Shown here one piece after another: positions 7,706-13,764 of a stretch of 32,000 nucleotides of DNA. The first letter of the stretch is position 1. Each line of letters begins with the position of its first letter. This stretch comes from Olsenella intestinalis (GTDB taxonomy: Bacteria; Actinomycetota; Coriobacteriia; Coriobacteriales; Atopobiaceae): contig NZ_JALGRK010000002.1 in assembly GCF_023276655.1 (NCBI RefSeq), positions 610,433-642,432 on the forward strand, written 5' to 3'. A program made the translations under genes and the position numbers. The notes below the pieces were generated by a model. The model was not told the DNA's origin and did not search any database. It saw nothing but the letters and a program-made list of their open reading frames with translations.

Positions 7706-8953
7706 CTAGCCGAAGTAGCCGCGGCGTGGGAAGATCTCGCGGGCCTTGGGGAAGTGGCGCGAGCAGGCCTCGACGAAGTAGTCGTCGCTCATCGCGGCGA
7801 TGTAGTCGGCCACGCACTGGTCCGGGTCGGCCTCCCAGTCGTAGGAGCGGCCGTAGAAGGAGAGGGAGCGCGTGATGGGCCCGATGTGGTGCCTGAAGAT
7901 GGCGTCGTCCTCGTCGCCGGCGGCGAGCGCGTCGATCTCGCGCTCGTAGAGGCTGCGGAAGAGGTCGTTGACGGCCTCGGGCAGGTCGCCCTTGATCTCG
8001 GCGGAGCCGTAGATCTTCTCGTAGTTCTCGCGCTTGGCGCGGGAGAGCTCGGCGAAGCCCTCCTCGCTCATCTCGATGACGGGCTTGCCGAAGCTGTTCT
8101 CGACCACGTCGGCCACGAAGGCGGAGAGGGCCCAGGCGTTGTAGGCGCCGCCGAGGCCGTCGTCGAAGGAGTCCTCGCTCACGAGGCCGGCGCGGATGGC
8201 GTCCTGTCGGTCCTTCCCCACGTAGGCGATGATGTCGGAGATGCGCATGACGCAGCCCTCGAGCGTCATGGGCCTGAGGGACAGGACCTGCCGGGGGCCG
8301 TCCTGCCAGCACCTCTCGACCACGCGGTCGAAGGTCGCGAAGTCGGAAAGGCCGCTCGTCTCGAAGCGCTGGCACTCGAACTCGCCGTTGTGGCAGATCA
8401 TGCCGTCGAGGGTCTGGAGCGAGACGTTGCGGCCGTAGATGCGGTCGATCACGCGGACGCTCTGGACGTTGTGCATGAAGTGGCGGCCCGTGCGGTCGTG
8501 GAAGACGTTGTTGAGGAAGCGCTCGCCGGCGTGGCCGAAGGGCGTGTGGCCGATGTCGTGGCCGAGCGAGATGGCCTCGATGAGGTCGAGGTTGAGGCCG
8601 AGCGCGCGTCCGATGTCGCGCGCGACCCGGCTGACGAGCTGCTCGTGGAGGCCGCGACGGGTGAGGTCGTCGTTCGCGCGGAAGGAGAAGACCTGGGTCT
8701 TGCCGTTGAGGCGGTTGTAGGCCGGGGTATGCATGATCTTCTCGGCATCGCGCACGAAGGCGGGGCGCAAAAGCGTCGCCTCGTCGGCCGGGCGCGGCTC
8801 GCGGCGGATCGCGTCGGCGTCGGCGCAGGCGCAGGGGCTCATGCGGCCCTCGTCGAGCATGGCGCGGACGTGCGCGGCGACCGACGGCGAGAGCTTGCCG
8901 GTGAGGTTGGGCGCGCCGCGGTTGATCGAGGCGTCGCGTGCAAGTGGTGACAT
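7706..8953 (-). CDS. dGTPase-like HD-domain deoxynucleoside triphosphate triphosphohydrolase
   Basis: Motifs FVRDAEKIMHTPAYNRLNGKTQVF, then HEQLVSRVARDIG and the HD motif LGHDIGHTPFGHAGE. ATG at 8953 with GAGAAAGG 8 nt upstream. Confidence 0.85.
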   Translation of the reverse strand: MSPLARDASINRGAPNLTGKLSPSVAAHVRAMLDEGRMSPCACADADAIRREPRPADEATLLRPAFVRDAEKIMHTPAYNRLNGKTQVFSFRANDDLTRRGLHEQLVSRVARDIGRALGLNLDLIEAISLGHDIGHTPFGHAGERFLNNVFHDRTGRHFMHNVQSVRVIDRIYGRNVSLQTLDGMICHNGEFECQRFETSGLSDFATFDRVVERCWQDGPRQVLSLRPMTLEGCVMRISDIIAYVGKDRQDAIRAGLVSEDSFDDGLGGAYNAWALSAFVADVVENSFGKPVIEMSEEGFAELSRAKRENYEKIYGSAEIKGDLPEAVNDLFRSLYEREIDALAAGDEDDAIFRHHIGPITRSLSFYGRSYDWEADPDQCVADYIAAMSDDYFVEACSRHFPKAREIFPRRGYFG

Positions 8954-9045
8954 TGCGGGGCCTTTCTCGATGGTTTGGGCCTAGCCTACACCAACTGGCG
9001 GACGCGGGCCGAAGGGGCGCATGGGGTGGGGGCGCTGGGCCTGCA

Positions 9046-9416
9046 GCGCAAAACACGGTCGAGGGCGTGAATCTGCAGCGCGACGTGGCCTCGAGGGCGC
9101 GAGTGCCAGAAGGCGTGAACGCAGAATGGCCTCGAGGGCGCGAGTTTTTTTGGCGTCTGCAGCGCAGAATGGCCTCGAGGGCGCGGTTCTTTGATGCCTT
9201 GCAGCGCAGATGTGGGTTGAGGGCGCGACCGTCAGCGCAGAATGGTCTCGAGGGCGTGAGGTCAGTCGCGCCCTCGACGGCATTCTGCGCTGCAGCTCAC
9301 GCCCTCAACACGGTTTTGCGCTGACCCCTCGCGCCCTCGACGGCAGTTTGCGCACAGATTCACGCCCTCGACGGCAGTTTGCGCTGAGCGGTCGCGCCCT
9401 CGACGGTGTTTTGCGC
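9046..9416. repeat. Array of eleven 25-nt repeats: six forward then five inverted, one long imperfect palindrome centred near 9262
   Basis: Consensus GCGCAGAATGGCCTCGAGGGCGCGA. Forward copies start at 9046, 9078, 9119, 9162, 9204 and 9235. Reverse-complement copies (TCGCGCCCTCGACGGCATTCTGCGC type) start at 9266, 9297, 9329, 9360 and 9392. The array fills the intergenic gap between the SGNH-GNAT gene stop (9438) and the dgt-like gene start (8953). Confidence 0.9.
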
Positions 9417-9437
9417 TGCGCGATCGGTGCGGAAGGC

Positions 9438-11336
9438 CTAGGCCGGCTCGTCGATGGAGTCGAGGTCGTCGAGAGGGGCGGCGGGCACGAGCGGGGCCGA
9501 GAGGTAGCACGTCTCGTTCGACGCGACGACGGTGAGGCCGAGGCGCTCCTGCAGGGCGAGCGACGCCTCGTTTCCGGCGAAGACCTCGCACCAGGGGACC
9601 TCTCCCCTGTCGAGCGTCTCGCGGATCTTGGCGGACTCGAGGGCGAGGCCCCAGCCCTGGCGGCGCCACGCCGGGAAGACCTCGAGCATGCCTATCGACC
9701 CGGAGGGGTGCTCGCCGACGAAGCCGACGAGCTCGCCGTTCTCGAAGCCGCCGAGGCAGCGGCCCGAGCGCAGCAGGTCGAGGATCTCGGCGTCGGTCTT
9801 GAACTCGGGGTGCGAGTAGAGGGTGCGGAGCGCGTAGAAGCTCTTCTCGTCCAGCGGACGGATGTCGCGCGAGGCGTCCCGCTTGGGCGCGCGCCTCTTC
9901 TCGAAGACGCAGACGTGGTAGGGCTCGACCTGCGTGAGGCCGCAGCGGTGCGTGACGTCGCGGACGAGGGCGGGCTCGAGGCAGTCGACGAGGGGCGCGT
10001 CGACGAGGGCCTCCACGACGCGCCTGCCGGCGGCGCGGTCGCGGGCCCAGAGCACCTGCATGCCCTCGGTCGTCTGCGCGAGGACGCAGCCGTCGTGGGC
10101 GTAGATGACCTGGCCTGCGCCGCGGCGGAGCATCTCGGCGAGCGGCAGCGCGCGGCGGGGCGCGCCGGAGAGCTCGGCGAGGGCGCACTCGCGCAGGCTC
10201 GCCTGGTCGCCGCCCGTGCGCATGACGCAGAGGAGGCGCTCGGCGATCTGGCGCGAGCCCTTTGCGTTGGGGTGCTCGTAGCCGTCGGCCATGAGGGATG
10301 CCTTGTGGTCGAGCAGGCGCCGTCCGTCGGCGAGGCGCATCTGGTCGTGCGGCGCGACGTGGGCCGCCAGGAAGGACGGAACGCTGGAGAAGCAGCTCAG
10401 GGGGTGCGACGGGTGCGAGTACTCGTCGTGCCAGAGCGGCGTCACGACCGTCGTGTCGACGCCGGGCCACAGGCGCGCGACCTCGAGCAGGTAGCTCCTG
10501 ACGTCGCGCGTCACGAGGCGCGCGCGGCAGGGCTCGTAGCGGTAGTTCTCCCCGTACTCGACCACGATGCGCGCGGGCTCGATGGAGCGCGCGAGGCCGA
10601 AGAGCGAGCCGGGCTGGAAGACCTGGCCGCCGAGCCCCTGGTTGAGCAGGTCGAGGCCGAGCTCGTCGGCGAGAAGGGCCGGCCACGCGAGCGCGGGGTC
10701 GCCGCAGACGAAGCCCTGGGCGATCGAGTCGCCGAGGACGAGCAGGTGGGGGCGGTCGGCGACGGGCGCGATGGTCGTGCCGTTGCCCACGACCTTGCGC
10801 ACGCTGCAGCCCCTCAGGCACGGCAGCCAGATGCGGACGCGGTGGGTGTCGCCCATGCCGGGCAGGCGCATGGGGGCGCCGGCGGGAACCTCGTCGAGGC
10901 TGTCGAGCGAGAAGAGCACGCTCTTCTCCCCCAAGGCGGGCACGGCCACGCCGAGGCGGTGCCCGTCGGAGACGCAGGAGAGCCCGTCGTGGGCGGAGGG
11001 CGCGTCGTCGGGGGCGAGGTCGTCGACCCAGCCCAGGACCGAGCGGGTGGCCGGGGGCTCCTCGTCGAGGCTGACCTCGACGGCGACCTCGGAGGAGTCG
11101 GTGTCGAACTCGATGCAGACGCCGGCCGTGGTGCGCGCCATCTGGCGGAAGAGGCCGGGGTGCCACGCCTGGCAGGAGCCGAGGGCGCGCATCTGCTCCT
11201 CGGAGAAGCGCCAGGGGCGAACCCAGCCGTCGGCCTCGCGGACCAGGCGGATCGCGCCGTGCAGCAGCGTCGATGCGTCCGCGCTCACGAGCGCGGAGGT
11301 CGGCCCGAGGGCCCCTATGGCGTCAAGCTGCCCCAT
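9438..11336 (-). CDS. Fusion protein: N-terminal beta-sandwich-like region + SGNH/GDSL hydrolase + C-terminal GNAT (FR47-like) acetyltransferase
   Basis: 632 aa; ATG 11336 with GGAG 9 nt upstream. SGNH blocks: LLVLGDSIAQG (Ser204), NQGLGGQ, EYGENY, DGYEHPN. The C-terminal GNAT core reads GELVGFVGEHPSGSIGMLEVFPAWRRQGWGLALESAKI...NEASLALQERLG. No signal peptide or TM segment is visible. Confidence 0.75.
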   Translation of the reverse strand: MGQLDAIGALGPTSALVSADASTLLHGAIRLVREADGWVRPWRFSEEQMRALGSCQAWHPGLFRQMARTTAGVCIEFDTDSSEVAVEVSLDEEPPATRSVLGWVDDLAPDDAPSAHDGLSCVSDGHRLGVAVPALGEKSVLFSLDSLDEVPAGAPMRLPGMGDTHRVRIWLPCLRGCSVRKVVGNGTTIAPVADRPHLLVLGDSIAQGFVCGDPALAWPALLADELGLDLLNQGLGGQVFQPGSLFGLARSIEPARIVVEYGENYRYEPCRARLVTRDVRSYLLEVARLWPGVDTTVVTPLWHDEYSHPSHPLSCFSSVPSFLAAHVAPHDQMRLADGRRLLDHKASLMADGYEHPNAKGSRQIAERLLCVMRTGGDQASLRECALAELSGAPRRALPLAEMLRRGAGQVIYAHDGCVLAQTTEGMQVLWARDRAAGRRVVEALVDAPLVDCLEPALVRDVTHRCGLTQVEPYHVCVFEKRRAPKRDASRDIRPLDEKSFYALRTLYSHPEFKTDAEILDLLRSGRCLGGFENGELVGFVGEHPSGSIGMLEVFPAWRRQGWGLALESAKIRETLDRGEVPWCEVFAGNEASLALQERLGLTVVASNETCYLSAPLVPAAPLDDLDSIDEPA

Positions 11337-11426
11337 TGACGGTCTCCGGTTTAGTAGCGTTTGCCTTGAGGACTTCCTATTCTGACACGGATCGGCCGGC
11401 CTCGGGCGCGGCGGGCGGAAAAACGA

Positions 11427-13730
11427 TCAGCTCGCCACGGCCGAGCGGACGCGGCGGACGATCAAGCCGAAGATCTGCAGGAAGCCGACCTCGGACAGGG
11501 CGAACGTGATGCAGAGGACGAGCGCGCGCCTCGAGAGCGCGTTGATGTCGAACACCTGCCAGAGCAGGCCGCAGCCCAGGGCGAAGCCCACGAGGCAGAG
11601 CACGATCACGAAGGCGCGGTAGCGGTTGATGGGGCGCGCGAGCCCGATGAGGATGAGGAAGCCCACGGCGGAGAGCAGGTAGGTGCTCGCCGTGGCGACG
11701 TCCTGCTCGGACACGTCGAAGATGTCGGCGAAGACGATCATGAGCGCGATTGCGACGAAGGACGTGAGCGCGGCCGGCAGCGACCTGACGAGCACGTCGG
11801 ACAGGAAGCTGCCCTCGCGACGCTCCTCGTTGGGCTCGAAGGCCAAGAGGAACGCCGGCAGGCCGATGTTGAAGAACGAGATGAGCGACACCTGGTTGGG
11901 CGTGAGCGGGTAGGCGAAGGCCCCGAATATCGAGAAGAGCGCGAGCGCAAGCGAGAAGATGTTCTTGTACAGGAAGAGGGTCGCCGAGCGCGTGACGTTG
12001 TTCACGTTGCGGCGACCCTCGCTGACGACCTGGGCGAGGTGGGAGAAGTCGGAGTCGAGCAGCACCACCTGGGCCGCCTGGCGCGCGGCGTCGGCGCCCG
12101 AGCCCATCGAGATCGAGCAGTCGGCCTCGCGCATCGCGAGGATGTCGTTCACGCCGTCGCCGGTCATGGCGACGCGATGGCCCTGCGCGCGCAGCGCCGC
12201 GACGAGGGCGCGCTTCTGCTCGGGCGTCACGCGGCCGAACACGACCTTCGTCGCGGCGGCCTCCGCGAGCTGCTCGTCGGTCTCGAGCGTGGTCGCGTCG
12301 ACCCAACGCTCGGCGCCGGCGACGCCCGCCTCGGCGGCGACGCGCGAGACCGTGAGCGGGTGGTCGCCCGAGATGACGCGCACGCTCACGCCCTGGCGCG
12401 CGAACTCGGCGAGGCTGGTGCGGGCGTCGGGCCTGACCTCGTTTCCGATCGCGACGAGGACGAGCGTGACGGGCGCCTCGGACGTGACGTCGGCGAGCGC
12501 GAGAACGCGGGCGCCGGCCGCGGTGCGCGCGGCGATGGCCTCGGTCACGGGGGCGGGGGCGCCCTCGCCCAGCACGATGTCGGGGGCGCCGAGGCGCAGG
12601 CTCTTCTCGGCGGTGGTGACTTCGCTGTACTTGGTGGTCGAGCTGAAGGGGAGGACCTCGGCCGCGGGGAGGGGCTCCCCGTCGGGCGCGAAGGCCGCGA
12701 GGGCGTGCGCCGTGGCGTTGCCGTCCCCCACCGTGGCGACGTAGGAGGCGAGAAGGGCGCGGGCCTCGGCCTCGCCGCCGGCCCCATCGCAGCAGAAGAG
12801 CTCGAGGACGCGCATGTCGGGCGAGGTGATGGTGCCCGTCTTGTCGACGCAGAGGACGTCGGCGCGGGCGAGCGACTCGACGCTGCGCATGTCGTGGAGC
12901 ATGACGTGCTCGCGGGCAAGGCGCATGGCCGAGAGGGCGAGGGCGATCGTGACGAGGAGGTAGAGGCCCTCGGGGATCATGCCGATGACGGCGCCGACCA
13001 TCTGGAGGATCGCCTCGGGAAGGGTCGTGCAGCCGTCCTGCATGGTGCGCCAGAGGAGTAGGCCGCCGACGGGGACGACGAGGATGCCGGCGACGAGCAC
13101 GATGCGCTCGATGTCGCGGACCATCTCGGAGGGGCGCTCGCGGTGGCGCTTCGCGCTCGCGGTGAGGCCCGCGGCGTAGGAGTCGGCGCCGACGCGCGTC
13201 AGACGCGCCGAGAGCGAGCCGGTCGCAAGGTAGCTGCCGGAGAGGAGCTCGTCGCCCGCGCTCTTCTCGACCTCGTCGGGCTCGCCCGTGAGCAGGGACT
13301 CGTTGACGCCGGCGGATCCGGACACGACCCGCGCGTCTGCCGGGACCTGCTGGCCGGCCTCGAGGTGCACGAGGTCGCCCTGGACGAGGCGGTCGGAGGC
13401 GACGCTGACAGAGGCGCCGTCGCGGACGACCTCGTAGGAGGTCGCGTCGAGCAGGGCCAGGCGATCGATGACGCGCTTGGCGCGCAGCTGCTGGACGATG
13501 CCAATGACGGCGTTGGCGATGACGACGACCATGAACGTGAGGTCCTTGGGCGAGCCGGCGATCACGACCAGGACGGCCAGGGCGCAGAAGATGGCGTTGA
13601 AGTAGGTGAAGACGTTCGACGCAATGATCGCCAGGACGCTTCTGCCGGCCTGCGCGGGCGCGGCGTTGACCAAGCCGCGGCCGACCATCTCGTCAACCTC
13701 GGCCGAGGTCAGACCCTTTTCGGTGCTCAT
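11427..13730 (-). CDS. Cation-transporting P-type (HAD-IC) ATPase
   Basis: Motifs: N-terminal GLTSAEVDEMVGRGLVN, actuator LLTGEPDEVEK, phosphorylation site CVDKTGTITS, hinge MTGDGVNDILAMREADCSISMG, plus multiple TM helices. The track start is 13805. I prefer ATG 13730 (MSTEKGLTSAEV...) because GAGAGG lies 7 nt upstream and it avoids overlap with the upstream gene, which ends at 13765. Confidence 0.9.
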   Translation of the reverse strand: MSTEKGLTSAEVDEMVGRGLVNAAPAQAGRSVLAIIASNVFTYFNAIFCALAVLVVIAGSPKDLTFMVVVIANAVIGIVQQLRAKRVIDRLALLDATSYEVVRDGASVSVASDRLVQGDLVHLEAGQQVPADARVVSGSAGVNESLLTGEPDEVEKSAGDELLSGSYLATGSLSARLTRVGADSYAAGLTASAKRHRERPSEMVRDIERIVLVAGILVVPVGGLLLWRTMQDGCTTLPEAILQMVGAVIGMIPEGLYLLVTIALALSAMRLAREHVMLHDMRSVESLARADVLCVDKTGTITSPDMRVLELFCCDGAGGEAEARALLASYVATVGDGNATAHALAAFAPDGEPLPAAEVLPFSSTTKYSEVTTAEKSLRLGAPDIVLGEGAPAPVTEAIAARTAAGARVLALADVTSEAPVTLVLVAIGNEVRPDARTSLAEFARQGVSVRVISGDHPLTVSRVAAEAGVAGAERWVDATTLETDEQLAEAAATKVVFGRVTPEQKRALVAALRAQGHRVAMTGDGVNDILAMREADCSISMGSGADAARQAAQVVLLDSDFSHLAQVVSEGRRNVNNVTRSATLFLYKNIFSLALALFSIFGAFAYPLTPNQVSLISFFNIGLPAFLLAFEPNEERREGSFLSDVLVRSLPAALTSFVAIALMIVFADIFDVSEQDVATASTYLLSAVGFLILIGLARPINRYRAFVIVLCLVGFALGCGLLWQVFDINALSRRALVLCITFALSEVGFLQIFGLIVRRVRSAVAS

Positions 13731-13764
13731 GTGTGCCTCTCGACGGGGAGCGCGACGCGCGCGA

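Noticed and set aside
8938-9324. ORFs 8938..9324 (+), 8981..9283 (-) and the N-terminal part of 9210..11339 (+) as small protein genes
   Set aside because: They run through the repeat array and encode reiterated peptides (…LEGV…, …SRAR…) that simply mirror the DNA repeats. They have no RBS and no recognisable protein features.
9046-9416. CRISPR array interpretation of the 25-nt repeat block
   Set aside because: The repeats switch orientation half way through the block. Gaps between units are only 6-18 nt and are themselves partly repeat-like. No leader is visible and no cas genes occur anywhere in the window.
11337-11426. Intrinsic terminator after the P-type ATPase gene
   Set aside because: The G+C-rich segment (GGCCGGCC...GGCGGGCGG) is followed by an A-run on the plus strand. 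On the transcribed minus strand the T-run therefore precedes the stem instead of following it.
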